Positions 1-10,882 of a DNA stretch of 64,000 bases are shown here, one piece after another. Source of the DNA: a virus. Position numbers and translations under genes: made by a program. Under the pieces are notes generated by a model. It worked only from the letters and a program-made list of their open reading frames with translations, did not search any database and was not told where the DNA came from. The first letter of the stretch is position 1. Each line of letters starts with the position of its first letter. The DNA is taken from positions 32,001 through 96,000 of the IMG/VR virus record IMGVR_UViG_3300048838_001106. One strand, given 5' to 3'.

Positions 1-1825
1 CTAGCAAACGCTCTGTGCCAGCCACACTGACATCTCGGTCATACGGTGTTACTACGAAGCGCCCATCTGCCGTGAGTGTCCACCCGAGTCCAGCTCCGCT
101 AAACACCTGCGCTTCCCAGTTTCCAGCCGTGAAGTCCAGATCGACTTGAGCTCCCGGCGCAGTGCAAGGGATTGCTAGCGTCTGGACACGACGTTCGCCA
201 TTCAAAGCAATCCCGTCACGCTGGATATCGGAAGCCTCGATCAGATCTTGGAGCGACGCGTGCGGGAGCATCCTATTATACATAGCCAACAAGAGGTCTT
301 CGAGGCTGTCCGACGCGGGATTCAGTTTTGGATAGGCGTCCGGCGTGGTAGAAATCCTTTGTGTGCCCTTGGATAACGCAGTAACCACCACGCCGTCTCT
401 GAGTAAACTAAATTCAGTGTCAATGCCGACTATTGCAGACTGGACACTGTTATTGGCAGGTACCAACACAGAGAGGCCGGACGCGTCCATTCCTACATAT
501 TCAGCGCCATACACACCAAGGTCGTTTTTAACGGGGTTTATTACCAGACCACGATTGATGTCGCTTCTGACGAACACAGCGCCTGCCCAATCCATCTCCG
601 TGAGCGATTCGTCAATTCGGTCTAGCACGTTCGTCAAGTTTTGCGGTTCCGAACCAAGCACTGGCCAGCCGCGTAGGAAAGTCCAGTCGTCAGCATTTAC
701 GCCGATGATGTCAGACCCATGTGTAGCTGCGTTGTACGTGGCGTCCAGAATAGGGAAGTCTGAGTTGCGCAGGGCTGCGCGAAGTGCCTCGCTGTTATTC
801 GAGATCGTAGTCTGTGCCGTGCCAGCATACAATGGCGTTCCCGTGTTCACGAACACGAACCTGTTGTCCACAACACGTCCGAGGTGCACTGCGTTGTGCG
901 TATGCGCACTGTCCGCATCAAAGACCACCAGGCTAGGTGCAGGCACAAGGTGTTTTCCGGTCTCTTCGACGCTTTCCCTTCGCGCCAATGCGCTACTGAA
1001 ACTAATGGCTAGCGTGGAGCCCTCTTTCAACTCCAGACCGGCTGCGAACGCCGCTGCAAGGTTCGACGCGGTAATCTCGTGGAACACACCATCCGAGCCG
1101 CCAGAGAACCACTGTTGTGGTGCCACAAATGCAGCATACCCTGCGTTGGTAACTGCGACATCCACAAGCAGGGAGGCTACCGGGTGTGCGTCGATCGCAG
1201 TCTTGATGGCTCCGAGGGTGTGCGTCGGCTCGGCGGAATCGAACTGGACTGTGACACGGCGCCGCCCTGGTTGAACAGAGGGGTCACTCACTGTAGCGTC
1301 TCCCAACACGTCAACCAGCACAGACCCGATACCGGCCACGTCCTGCGCCTCATAGCTCAGATCATGTGCACCCTCGTACTCGTAAATCTTTGCTGTAAAA
1401 TCTAGCGCCTCAGTACCATCCGTTACCTGGGCTGTGTAAAACCGAGTCGGGAAGCGCGTTCCTGCGCCCTCGTTGGCTGCACCTGTTGGTGTACCCGGAG
1501 TAGTCGACGGTACTATGAGCATCGACTCGCCAGGGGACAGCACAAGTCTGCCCGTGCCTGCTGACGCAACGGTACCTTCCCACAAGACACTGCCTCCAGT
1601 CAGTGAAAACGTAGTGCTCTTGTCATTCTCTTGCAACCACCTGATATCATTGATGCCAATGCGTACCTGCTCAATGCGCTGGCGAAGAACTTCGGTTGGA
1701 CGTTGAAGGGTAGCTTGATCGAGTGTTTCGCCATTCATAATAGGAGCGATTGAACTCGCAGTAGCGTCACCAGTGTCAACGCCAACAGGTGTCGTCTTGA
1801 AGTTAAGATTCTTACTCATTGCCAT
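1..1825 (-). CDS. Virion structural protein, probably tail-fibre/baseplate associated (runs off the window edge)
   Basis: Minus frame starting ATG 1825 (MAMSKNLNFKTTPVGVDTGD...) and still open at base 1 (...ADGRFVVTPYDRDV); probably absent from the ORF track because no stop falls in the window. Follows baseplate genes. Confidence 0.65.
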   Translation of the reverse strand, partial: MAMSKNLNFKTTPVGVDTGDATASSIAPIMNGETLDQATLQRPTEVLRQRIEQVRIGINDIRWLQENDKSTTFSLTGGSVLWEGTVASAGTGRLVLSPGESMLIVPSTTPGTPTGAANEGAGTRFPTRFYTAQVTDGTEALDFTAKIYEYEGAHDLSYEAQDVAGIGSVLVDVLGDATVSDPSVQPGRRRVTVQFDSAEPTHTLGAIKTAIDAHPVASLLVDVAVTNAGYAAFVAPQQWFSGGSDGVFHEITASNLAAAFAAGLELKEGSTLAISFSSALARRESVEETGKHLVPAPSLVVFDADSAHTHNAVHLGRVVDNRFVFVNTGTPLYAGTAQTTISNNSEALRAALRNSDFPILDATYNAATHGSDIIGVNADDWTFLRGWPVLGSEPQNLTNVLDRIDESLTEMDWAGAVFVRSDINRGLVINPVKNDLGVYGAEYVGMDASGLSVLVPANNSVQSAIVGIDTEFSLLRDGVVVTALSKGTQRISTTPDAYPKLNPASDSLEDLLLAMYNRMLPHASLQDLIEASDIQRDGIALNGERRVQTLAIPCTAPGAQVDLDFTAGNWEAQVFSGAGLGWTLTADGRFVVTPYDRDVSVAGTERLL

Positions 1826-1831
1826 GCTCCC

Positions 1832-2350
1832 TTACTGAATGCTGTATTGTAGATCCCATTCGAATCTGACACCTAGACCATCTGTTTTTATGACTGGAGC
1901 AAACGTTTGACGACACACCAGCAGTGGCACGCCACCGATACCATCGCCTGCCGTGTACATTCCTGCGGCACGCAGGACGCTACCCGTAGACTCATTTGGT
2001 CCAATCTCTGCTCGGTATTGCAGAAGACCCGGTGTGCCTCCAAACACGGTAACGTCCGCTGCCCTGTCAAACACGTGGCTCTTGGCGATAGCAGCTGCGG
2101 GGTCGGGACCTGTGTTGCTGCGGTCGGACGCCATGATGGTGGTAGGATGCGCTTCTATGTCCATCCTATTTATGGCTAACTCAGCGGGATCTGTGATGAC
2201 GGCGGTCTGGGATATCAGACTTGCCAAAGCTTCCAAGTGGAGATCTGTTATCTGATTTTTCTTGTCGCTGATACAGACAGACATGCCGTCGCAGTCTACT
2301 GTGTAGATGCGAAGGTGTCCTATAATACCTATTGGAGTTCGGTGGAGCAC
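1832..2350 (-). CDS. Tail-collar/tail-fibre attachment-like protein
   Basis: C-terminal AAGMYT...LVCRQTFAPVIKT...FEWDL resembles tail-collar fibre domains; follows baseplate wedge genes. Confidence 0.5.
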   Translation of the reverse strand: MLHRTPIGIIGHLRIYTVDCDGMSVCISDKKNQITDLHLEALASLISQTAVITDPAELAINRMDIEAHPTTIMASDRSNTGPDPAAAIAKSHVFDRAADVTVFGGTPGLLQYRAEIGPNESTGSVLRAAGMYTAGDGIGGVPLLVCRQTFAPVIKTDGLGVRFEWDLQYSIQ

Positions 2351-2434
2351 GAATAGCCTCGCGGTGGTCTGGGTGACGTGCGTATTTGTAGCACGATAGC
2401 GTGAGGTTAGCCAGATGAGAAGACCTACTTTGGG

Positions 2435-5386
2435 TTAAGGCAGCGTTGGCTCAGTAGCTGGCTCTACGCGTACTTGCAGTGGCCACCCCATGATTACTCC
2501 GCCCGTGCCTCGTGGGACTACTGGAGATTCTCCAGCTACAACTACAGGAGTCGCGTAGCGACGCTGAGCACCGAAATACCATGCCACGCTGGATAGTGCA
2601 GGGAAGTCTGGCGCCAGGCCAGTCTCCGGACTGATGAGGTGTACGGTGTGGGCGTCTAGCACAGAGGCAATCGACATGCGGCGGTACACCGATTCTACTT
2701 CCACATACATTTCTCGATGCACATCCCTGGCGGTGAAATGCACTGTAAGGTCAGACAGCGTGTCGATTAACAGAGACCCTGCTGTGCTGTAGGCGCCGTC
2801 TGGCATAGCGCGAAGCAGAGTAGGTGTGTCAAACTCGAAGCCATACTCAATACCGTAGGTGTCAGCGGTATTCGTCACGGTAGAAACCAGACGCACAGGG
2901 TCTCCTGAAACGCCGACAGTCACAGGTCCTGGCGCAGCGTCGCTAAGCGTGAACGGCGCACCGACAGCTCCCCATGTTGTGCCGTCCCATGTTTCTACCT
3001 GGCAGTCTATTTCAAACGCGATATCTGGGTTGTGTACCGTCAATCTAAACACGACATCTTGTGCCTGTGCAACTTCGAGCTCGTGCGGCGAGCCGAGCTC
3101 TGCGACACGGATAGTCCCAACCCACGCTGTGTCTATGTCGGCGTATGTGTAATACTCTCCGACCAACATAGCGTCGCCCACCTTCACAGGCGATCCTGAC
3201 GCTGTCATAGTATCGGACTGGGTCAGCACTCCTATAACGTGCAAGCTGTCCGACACGAGCACCAGATCTCTGATGGCATTGATAGCTCGGATCAACAGGT
3301 ACGTGTACGCAGGGCGACCCTCAAACAGCGCTGTGCGTAAATCCTCTGTGAGTCTCGGGTATGGCACAGCTGGAAAATCTGCCAGGCGGTATTCTACACT
3401 GAACACGTGGTGCTTGAGTATTGCGTGCATCAACACATAACCAATTGTCGCTTGCAATGGTGGGCGTGTTTGCACGCGCCACTCTCTGGCTATGTCGACT
3501 GTGTAGTTTGCCTCCGCTGGCAACTGAGCTGTAGCGCCGGCCTGGTTTTTAACGCGAACGGTGTCAGGCGATACGATGTCGTATATCTCGTACACCTCCT
3601 GCGGCACGAACACAGATGTTAGCACCTTGATCTTACGGCCTATGTGTTCCGGTGCCAGACTGTACCCATGCAGCACCATCAGATCATTCCCAGCCACCAC
3701 TGTTGAGGCCGGCGTTGTGTACTGCGTATGGTTAACCAACGGCGAGACTGTGTTGGACACGCGGATGTACAAATCTGGTGCCGCAGCAATGACTTCCAGC
3801 ACGTACTTTACGTTGTCTATCCAGATAGCAGACCCAATCAATGACGGGTCTATGTACTCCTGAAAGACGTCTAGGCGCGTAGGGTCGCCGGCTCGAACGA
3901 ACATATCCTTGCCGCGATATTCAGGCACAGCACCTTGCGTGACGTCGCCACCTACCGCAAGATTAGGATCACCGACGGCCCAGTTCTTCGCGCCAACCAA
4001 GGCGCTATACAGTTGAGGGTCAACACTCCTGCGCGAGGACGATTGTCCCGGCAGTATCTCTAATGGCAGTGTCTCTCCGTGGTACCACGTGGGGTCAGTG
4101 ACATGGTCCTGGACCTTGAACACCGTAGTCAGACTCTCGAAAGCCTCAAACACATACCCGACTTCAATGTCTGTCCTGACGCTGCCATGCGGTATGGTGT
4201 ATGACTCCGTGCTTGTGGTTACAACGTCCAGCAGATCAGTTTTCTGTTCGACGCTAAGCAGTATCTCTCCGTCAGACCTGATTACTGGGATGCCGACCAT
4301 CACATTCAGCGCCGACTCGACACGGCCTGGTGTCGGTCCCATGGAGTAAAACCGCATAAGCCCTATGATGAGCGCGCGGTAAGCTTCGCTTGACGGCTCG
4401 AAGCGCTGAACCAGATAACCAAATGACAAGAACAAATCTTCGGCGTCGAACATGGCATCTGGTATCCACCAGGACATAAGCTTGACGCGCGTGCCAGACA
4501 CGTGTTGCCATTCCAAGTCAATTGCACCTTGCAAGTCCGCTATCTGTGTGTCGATCTCCACCTCTGTGGGACTCGTTACACTGACAATGCTTGCAGTATA
4601 TTGCGCTCCCTGCGCAGACAGTATGACGCTGGTCCCAGGCGACAGCACATTAAAATGCCCATCTGCAATGACGCGCCACGACAGCGCTGTGGCGTCCGGT
4701 GACAATGTGTCTGTACCGACTAGCCGCGGAGACACGACTGTTGTGATTACCCTTGCCACAGTCAGCGCAGGGTCTAATGGGTCTGTGTGCACAAGTTGTC
4801 TGCCGACATCGTCCTGCGTGAACGCATCTGTGCTTGTCTCAAATATGTAGCCTTGCTTGGCTATACCCTGGCGCCCCCTAACTGTTTCGCCAGTCCAGGT
4901 AAGTGTCGTACCGGATATGCTGGCACCACGCGCTGTCAGGTATGGCACAGGTGCGATGCTCACTTCGCGGGTCAGTGCACCAGGCGTGGAAAATGGGTCT
5001 GTAGAGAATCGGAACTCGCCATCTTCCAGTACAAAGTCCTGCGGTGTTTCTAGGGATATGGTCGGCGCGTATACCCGATTCCACAAATACTTTGCTGCTT
5101 TCATGCCTGGTGTGGCCGGGCAGCGATATGGGTATGTGTCTCCAGCCACGTATCGCATGTCTGCATAGTGGGTGGTGTACAAGTGCCAGTACTCTTTGCG
5201 AAACACTGGAGTGTGATAAACGTTACTGTTAAGTACGTTTGACAGCAGGTCTAGATACGCCTGCCCCAGCTGCTCTTCCGTGGCCGCATACAACGTCTCT
5301 AGTTGGTCTTTGTCTGCAAAGAATCTCTGCCAGAAATCAGACAGACCGGTGAGCAGCACACTAACCTGAGGAGACAGACCTGACAT
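2435..5386 (-). CDS. Large baseplate wedge-associated structural protein
   Basis: 983 aa, beta-rich; its start overlaps the stop of the baseplate-J-like gene by 1 nt. Confidence 0.55.
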   Translation of the reverse strand: MSGLSPQVSVLLTGLSDFWQRFFADKDQLETLYAATEEQLGQAYLDLLSNVLNSNVYHTPVFRKEYWHLYTTHYADMRYVAGDTYPYRCPATPGMKAAKYLWNRVYAPTISLETPQDFVLEDGEFRFSTDPFSTPGALTREVSIAPVPYLTARGASISGTTLTWTGETVRGRQGIAKQGYIFETSTDAFTQDDVGRQLVHTDPLDPALTVARVITTVVSPRLVGTDTLSPDATALSWRVIADGHFNVLSPGTSVILSAQGAQYTASIVSVTSPTEVEIDTQIADLQGAIDLEWQHVSGTRVKLMSWWIPDAMFDAEDLFLSFGYLVQRFEPSSEAYRALIIGLMRFYSMGPTPGRVESALNVMVGIPVIRSDGEILLSVEQKTDLLDVVTTSTESYTIPHGSVRTDIEVGYVFEAFESLTTVFKVQDHVTDPTWYHGETLPLEILPGQSSSRRSVDPQLYSALVGAKNWAVGDPNLAVGGDVTQGAVPEYRGKDMFVRAGDPTRLDVFQEYIDPSLIGSAIWIDNVKYVLEVIAAAPDLYIRVSNTVSPLVNHTQYTTPASTVVAGNDLMVLHGYSLAPEHIGRKIKVLTSVFVPQEVYEIYDIVSPDTVRVKNQAGATAQLPAEANYTVDIAREWRVQTRPPLQATIGYVLMHAILKHHVFSVEYRLADFPAVPYPRLTEDLRTALFEGRPAYTYLLIRAINAIRDLVLVSDSLHVIGVLTQSDTMTASGSPVKVGDAMLVGEYYTYADIDTAWVGTIRVAELGSPHELEVAQAQDVVFRLTVHNPDIAFEIDCQVETWDGTTWGAVGAPFTLSDAAPGPVTVGVSGDPVRLVSTVTNTADTYGIEYGFEFDTPTLLRAMPDGAYSTAGSLLIDTLSDLTVHFTARDVHREMYVEVESVYRRMSIASVLDAHTVHLISPETGLAPDFPALSSVAWYFGAQRRYATPVVVAGESPVVPRGTGGVIMGWPLQVRVEPATEPTLP

Positions 5387-7812
5387 CAGAGCACCTTCGT
5401 CAGAGTAATCAACGATACGTCCGACAAATATCGGATAGTCCTGTCAGTAACACCGTAAACAGACGGATCTTCAAGGCGGCGATGCGGCAGTCCAGACGCT
5501 AGTAGCTGTGGCTTCAGAACTACTGCGTCGACTGACCGGTAAGGAATCTCTCTTCCGTCTGGGGCCAGCAAGACATAGTCGGCTGTGACGGGCGACTCTA
5601 CATACCCGACAACCGTTCGGTATGTGCTGTTGAAGTACGTGACTATGTCAGACAGATGCAAGACATCCTCTGTGGTTGGAAACGAAGAGATGTACGCTGC
5701 AACCTTTGCGCGCGCGTCATCCTCATCCAGCACTGTCAGAGCATTGCTCTTCAGGCCATAGCGTATGTTCAACGACACATACACAGGATGAAAGCCTCTG
5801 ACCATTGTGTCGGCGCAGATAACTCTGTTCTGTCTGTTAGACACGTAAGCATCTATTGCTGGGAAATTTAGAATCGTGTCGTACACCACACGGCAAGGGA
5901 ATCCGTCATACTTCTTCTTCTCCGACGTCTCCCACCAGAGTCTGTTTTCTGCGACGGTGGTGGCGAGAGGGTCATCTTGCTTCTCCACACCCACCTGTGA
6001 CGGAGACACGTAGCTTGTTATCGTAAACGGTCCTCGGTTATCTGCATTCACGGCTCTGGATATGTAGAGCTCCGACCCAATCATGCCTGCATTGAACACA
6101 GCCTGTTGTGCTGTGAAGACGTTGGCGTTGTTAAACGAACCACCCTGGCCTGTGTATGCTGGCGCAGGGCCCACCTCGACTGTCATGAACTGCTTAGAAG
6201 ACTGTGCCTCAAGAGGTTGCGAATTCCTAACGCGAAACTGAGCAGACGCGGCGCCTGGTGATGCTACTGGCTCTTGATTAACTCGGTTGACAAATTCTAC
6301 ACGCCCGGTAACCGCGTCAGTGTCTGGGTCTGCCGCGTTAAGCACCGACACCTCTCGGATAAGATACACCGGCTCCGACGGCAACAGCACGTGGCCGTCT
6401 TCTCGGTACTCTCGCGAGAATTCACCTGTGGTCGCTTCCAGGGTCTTCTGGTTGTATAGCGGCGCGTTGTTACCTATGGAGTAGATAACCACGTCAGACA
6501 ATATTTCAATCTGCAATCCGCTTTCGACCACGAGGGTTGCTGGCGACAGTGTTACCGAGTTCATGGCAGGGTCAACTGCGGTGATTAACCTGTCTGCATT
6601 GTTCGCGGCGTTAACCCCTCCTGCAATTCGAACATATCTCCCAAGATCAGATCCTGAAAAATTAGCTGCCGAACTTTGGAGTGTGTTTGCGTTAAGCGCT
6701 GCTCCGTCTGAATATGTAGCGGTGCCTCGGGGATATCCAGGTCGCACATCGGGGAATTCTTGCTTCGTTGACAGCTCTAGAAAGTGCCGTGTAACTCGCC
6801 CAATGACGTAAAGACTTCGCTCGGACGCAGACGCATTGATGTGTCTAAGTACATCCCCTGCCGCCACGCCGGTGGCGCGCCAGTCTGGTACGGAAGTGTC
6901 CTTGAATATGCGGATGCCTGGCCTGGTGTCTGTGAAGATGCCTCCAACAACGCCTTCGAAAACGCGACGAGTTGCGATTGGAGTAGCGACATACACGTCA
7001 ATATGTCCGCCAGTGTGAACGTTGTAGGGAGACGCCAGGTCTGCGCGATCTCGTTGCATGGAGGGATCTCCATGACCTATGACGGTCAAGAAATCTATGA
7101 GCGGGAACAGATCGGTGAGCACCGTGTCAATACTTCTCTCCGAGTTCAGATCCCGGACAGTTATTGCAGTAGCAGCACGCGCAAGGAGTTCTTCTGTCGT
7201 CTCTGCGTCTTTGGCACCGACAAACGCAGCGTCATTTTCCATGCCGCGCACGAATCGATTAAAAGACGGAACGTCAGCGAACGTTCCAGGTGGCAACTCG
7301 TACGCGGACCCTGGCCGCTCAGCAATGACCGGAACACGCAGTGCGTACCCGGTTATGAAGCCATTGGTGTTGTACCTTGGGGTCAAGTTGTTCGCCGAGT
7401 AGACCAGCGCACCAACGTTGTCCAAAAGAAACCGGCGGCCACTAGTCCGGGTGAACACGGCATTGGCAGGCACCGCCCCATCGTGAAGTTCTGAGAAAAT
7501 GATCAGAGCCGTGCCGCGAACCTGTCGCCCTGTTCGACGGGTAATAAACCAGTTGGCAACCAGGTTGTCTACCGCATCATCATAGTCTTCTAGTGATGCC
7601 AGCTGGGACACAGTTCTAAGACTTGTGCCCAGCCTGACGTTCCTGGCCTCTGCCCGCAGCAGTGCAATCGAACTGGCCAGCGCGCTTATCGTATGGTCAC
7701 GCGTTATCGACCCCGCAGACAGGTCAGCATCGGGCAACAACTCTGACAAAAAACCTACCAGGAAGTCTTCTGCCTTCTTCCTGTCAGCATCAGATATAAC
7801 GAGCTCTGTCAT
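5386..7812 (-). CDS. Baseplate J-like (gp6-type) wedge protein
   Basis: LVANWFITRRTG and GAKDAETTEELLARA match baseplate-J N-terminal motifs; follows a gp25-like gene. Confidence 0.8.
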   Translation of the reverse strand: MTELVISDADRKKAEDFLVGFLSELLPDADLSAGSITRDHTISALASSIALLRAEARNVRLGTSLRTVSQLASLEDYDDAVDNLVANWFITRRTGRQVRGTALIIFSELHDGAVPANAVFTRTSGRRFLLDNVGALVYSANNLTPRYNTNGFITGYALRVPVIAERPGSAYELPPGTFADVPSFNRFVRGMENDAAFVGAKDAETTEELLARAATAITVRDLNSERSIDTVLTDLFPLIDFLTVIGHGDPSMQRDRADLASPYNVHTGGHIDVYVATPIATRRVFEGVVGGIFTDTRPGIRIFKDTSVPDWRATGVAAGDVLRHINASASERSLYVIGRVTRHFLELSTKQEFPDVRPGYPRGTATYSDGAALNANTLQSSAANFSGSDLGRYVRIAGGVNAANNADRLITAVDPAMNSVTLSPATLVVESGLQIEILSDVVIYSIGNNAPLYNQKTLEATTGEFSREYREDGHVLLPSEPVYLIREVSVLNAADPDTDAVTGRVEFVNRVNQEPVASPGAASAQFRVRNSQPLEAQSSKQFMTVEVGPAPAYTGQGGSFNNANVFTAQQAVFNAGMIGSELYISRAVNADNRGPFTITSYVSPSQVGVEKQDDPLATTVAENRLWWETSEKKKYDGFPCRVVYDTILNFPAIDAYVSNRQNRVICADTMVRGFHPVYVSLNIRYGLKSNALTVLDEDDARAKVAAYISSFPTTEDVLHLSDIVTYFNSTYRTVVGYVESPVTADYVLLAPDGREIPYRSVDAVVLKPQLLASGLPHRRLEDPSVYGVTDRTIRYLSDVSLITLTKVL

Positions 7813-7813
7813 A

Positions 7814-8269
7814 CTATCTCCTGATAGATCGCGTCGGCAGAATGAATTGAAGAGCCCTGCCCGCCTGATTCTTTAACAAGATGGTTACTTCGAAGCCGGC
7901 GCCGTTGTCGTCTACAACTAACGAGGTCATCTTGGCAGACTGCAATATGTCTTCAGGATCATCGCTTGGGTCCATGCTCTGGTATCTGAATAGTGTAGCT
8001 TCTGCTTTGGATACAGCTGTCGACACAATGTCCTGCAGGTCTTGCGCGGAAGTTACGTTCGACCCTATGAGAGCCGGGAAACGTGTGCCATTAGACCTGT
8101 CAGACAGATCTGTACCCTCTAATGTCATCAGTGTCTTCAGGAACTTGTTGATAAGCTTCTGAAAACCTCTAATGCCTATGTGCTTCTGAAACCCATAGAT
8201 GAACGTGGCATAGCCATCGACTTGCTCAGACGCGGGCTTCAGCTGGATGTATGTGTCAAATGTACTCAT
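7814..8269 (-). CDS. gp25/GpW-like baseplate wedge (sheath initiator) protein
   Basis: IRGFQKLINKFLKTLMTLEGTD...GT pattern; 151 aa; immediately upstream of baseplate J. Confidence 0.7.
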   Translation of the reverse strand: MSTFDTYIQLKPASEQVDGYATFIYGFQKHIGIRGFQKLINKFLKTLMTLEGTDLSDRSNGTRFPALIGSNVTSAQDLQDIVSTAVSKAEATLFRYQSMDPSDDPEDILQSAKMTSLVVDDNGAGFEVTILLKNQAGRALQFILPTRSIRR

Positions 8270-9927
8270 CAGTCACCGAGAGGGGCGTCGCCATATCGAA
8301 CATCATAACTCTTTTCGATACGTTTGCGCACCTCAGGATAATTCAAACTGGCGGTGTCGTACACTTGTTTTCTGGTGACGTTGGCAAGTGCCTCGTCTCT
8401 CATCAGCCCTGAGGTTATATCGTACATGCTTCCAAGCACCGCGTACTGCGACGGAGAGGTAGCGTCCTCTCTGCTCTCAGCCACACTGTTCATGACCTTG
8501 TTTATTGGTGACGTAGGCGACACATACGGGTCAGTTGGCAGAGGAGAATTTACCAGCATGGCAATAGGATCAATGCGGTAGCTGTTCGCGTTGCCAACTG
8601 CTGTCAGCCTGTTTGATTCCAACGGTCTGCCCTGAATGAGCTGTCGCTGTACCAGTATTTCAAAGTGGAGGTGCGGCGTTCGCACAGAGTTGTGCGGAAG
8701 AACTTTGCCGCCGGACTTTCGCCCCTGCGTAATGCCTGCCAGACCGATTGGTTGTGCCCGTGTAACACGATCCCCTGTCTTTACAAAGAACTTGGACATG
8801 TGAGCATAGCGCGAGCTGAACCCGTTATTGTGGTCAATGTAAACCACGAGGCCGTAAGACTCGCTGACGTCTGCCCGCACCACCACCCCGTCAGCTATTG
8901 CGTACACAGGCTGGTTGGGGTTGTTCTGCGTCAGGAAGTCCACGCCCTTGTGCAAACGCACACGCTGTTGTCCTGTGACGGGGTCAATGCCAAGACGCTC
9001 AGCCCCAGCATTCCCTGTAGACACTGCCTTCGTGCGGCGCTTCTGGAAAGGACTCAGCACCTGAATCGTTGTGAGAGGCCATACAAGTCCCAGTGCCTTG
9101 TTGTCATCGACTGACAGGGTAAAAGTTTTTACGCTGTCATCGTTCAGAATATAGTCGATGATCCGCGTGGACGCGGCGTTGGCTTCGTTAACTCTGAGAC
9201 CATCAAACGTCGCTTCATACCGTGTCGTAAACGCCTGAATGTCAATCTGGATTTTCTTAGTGCGCGCAGCACTGACGCGTCTTACTTCAACGGCGGCTTC
9301 TGCGCCAACCTCTCCGCCCTGCACTCCCCACACAGAGAAGTCACCAGCAGACCTGTTGCACAACGGCAGTCTGTATGCAGAGGGCGGTGTGTTGACAGCG
9401 CCGGACGGCAGCGTCTGCGCAACAGACACAAACTGCTCTGCGTTGTTAGACCACTTAGACATGTTCGCGCGCATGCGTTGCATGTACGTGAACACCGCGC
9501 CATTCCCCCACACCGTGTTCAGATACTCGTCCGCTGCCGCATCGCCATCGCCGATGAGTTTGATGTCTAAGTACGTCGCAACTACGTCGTCCCTTGTCCC
9601 CCATAGAAGAGCCATAGCTTCGTAGTTGTAACCGTGTATCTCGGCGTAGCTCTCCATGTATTGCAGGAAAGCCGTGACGGCCTCAGATGGTTTGCCGACA
9701 TAATCTACAGGCTTGCTGTTGTTAACCAGCGCTGCCTTGCGCTCGTCGATACCGAACAGTCCCGCAGATGTGTTGTTGTTGACCGAAAAATCTGGGTCAA
9801 GACCTGACTGATAGTCTGCAACTGCAAGAACAAACCAATCAGGATACAGGTACTCTGTAAGCCCTGTGTCCTCCCTGACTTTTGGAAGAATGACGGTCCG
9901 CAGTTGTGTTTCAATTTCGGACGCCAT
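8269..9927 (-). CDS. Tail-associated peptidoglycan hydrolase: lytic-transglycosylase-like N-terminus plus M23 peptidase
   Basis: M23 motifs HKGVDF (HxxxD), YAHM and PHLHFEI (HxH); N-terminal AVADYQSG...SAGLFGI resembles SLT motifs I/II. Confidence 0.85.
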   Translation of the reverse strand: MASEIETQLRTVILPKVREDTGLTEYLYPDWFVLAVADYQSGLDPDFSVNNNTSAGLFGIDERKAALVNNSKPVDYVGKPSEAVTAFLQYMESYAEIHGYNYEAMALLWGTRDDVVATYLDIKLIGDGDAAADEYLNTVWGNGAVFTYMQRMRANMSKWSNNAEQFVSVAQTLPSGAVNTPPSAYRLPLCNRSAGDFSVWGVQGGEVGAEAAVEVRRVSAARTKKIQIDIQAFTTRYEATFDGLRVNEANAASTRIIDYILNDDSVKTFTLSVDDNKALGLVWPLTTIQVLSPFQKRRTKAVSTGNAGAERLGIDPVTGQQRVRLHKGVDFLTQNNPNQPVYAIADGVVVRADVSESYGLVVYIDHNNGFSSRYAHMSKFFVKTGDRVTRAQPIGLAGITQGRKSGGKVLPHNSVRTPHLHFEILVQRQLIQGRPLESNRLTAVGNANSYRIDPIAMLVNSPLPTDPYVSPTSPINKVMNSVAESREDATSPSQYAVLGSMYDITSGLMRDEALANVTRKQVYDTASLNYPEVRKRIEKSYDVRYGDAPLGD

Positions 9928-9936
9928 GATGTGTCA

Positions 9937-10413
9937 TTAGCCGCGTGCTTGGTTGTACAAAGCGCGGAGCTTGGACTCAGTATCGAAGTCCGTACCAAGA
10001 TACTGGTTCGACGCATTTCGAAGATCGTTCTGCCACGTGTCGGCGTCAGTCATTCCATAGCCTAGACCCACAGCACCCGCGCCTGCTGCGCCTACGCCGG
10101 CTGCGCCTTGCGCTCCCTGCATGATTTGTTTCCGCAAATGAGCCTCTGCCGGGTCTCCGATAACTTCGAACGCACCGTCCATCGCTGGCTGCATATTCCG
10201 GAGCGCTTTGACATTCTGCGGCAGGTCCATCATCGCCTGCATCCTGCCAGCAGTCTTTGTCTGCTGTGCAGACTCCACCACAAGCTGTGCCATCTTCATG
10301 AGTGCTGGGTGGCCAGACGACGCGGCGTGATTGACGAAGTCAACAGGGTCAACATTGTGCTCTGCGAGCTTTGTCATAATGCCGTGAACGTATGCTGTTT
10401 TCTGTGTGCTCAT
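9937..10413 (-). CDS. Leader-bearing glycine-zipper protein (GTDF family)
   Basis: Likely start MSTQKTAYVHG; GAAGVGAAGAGAVGLG then YGMTDADT...NDLRNASNQYLGTDF. Confidence 0.75.
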   Translation of the reverse strand: MSTQKTAYVHGIMTKLAEHNVDPVDFVNHAASSGHPALMKMAQLVVESAQQTKTAGRMQAMMDLPQNVKALRNMQPAMDGAFEVIGDPAEAHLRKQIMQGAQGAAGVGAAGAGAVGLGYGMTDADTWQNDLRNASNQYLGTDFDTESKLRALYNQARG

Positions 10414-10438
10414 TTTATATCTTCCTTTCAAGTGGTGG

Positions 10439-10882
10439 TTAACTGACCAGATTTCCAAACCGTGATTTCGTGCTAAAGTCTGTGCCTAGCATTCTATTAG
10501 ACGCCCGAACTGCCCTGTTCTCCATAGTGTTTGCGTCTCCCATACCGTATGCAAGGCCTCCCACACCAAGTGCTGTGCCCCCGAGACGCTTAGCGCCTTT
10601 TCCAGCTTGGCTACGAAGAACATCCGAGCGCTCGGTAGCCCTGTCTGCTGCTCGTGTGTTTCCGGTTGCTCTGTTGTCCAATGCCCTTTCTGTGTGGATT
10701 TTTGACTTCTTCCAGTCTCCATGAATGCGGCGCGGGTCCATCGACTTCACAAAGTCTACGCCTTTATCGACAAGCTTCCCTGCCTGTGTACCAAGGTTGG
10801 CAACCTTCTCTGTGGTCTCAATGTCAAGCCCTGAGCATGACAGGACATGTAACATACCGATACTATAAAAATCATTGCTCAT
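10439..10882 (-). CDS. Leader-bearing glycine-zipper protein (GTDF family)
   Basis: YSIGMLHVLSCSGL...EKVA leader; C-terminal YGMGDANT...ASNRMLGTDF. Confidence 0.75.
   Translation of the reverse strand: MSNDFYSIGMLHVLSCSGLDIETTEKVANLGTQAGKLVDKGVDFVKSMDPRRIHGDWKKSKIHTERALDNRATGNTRAADRATERSDVLRSQAGKGAKRLGGTALGVGGLAYGMGDANTMENRAVRASNRMLGTDFSTKSRFGNLVS

Noticed and set aside
345-1274. 309-aa plus-strand ORF, and the many other plus-strand ORFs across 1-25 kb
   Set aside because: Antisense shadows of long, tightly coupled minus-strand structural genes, with Ser/Thr-rich shadow composition.
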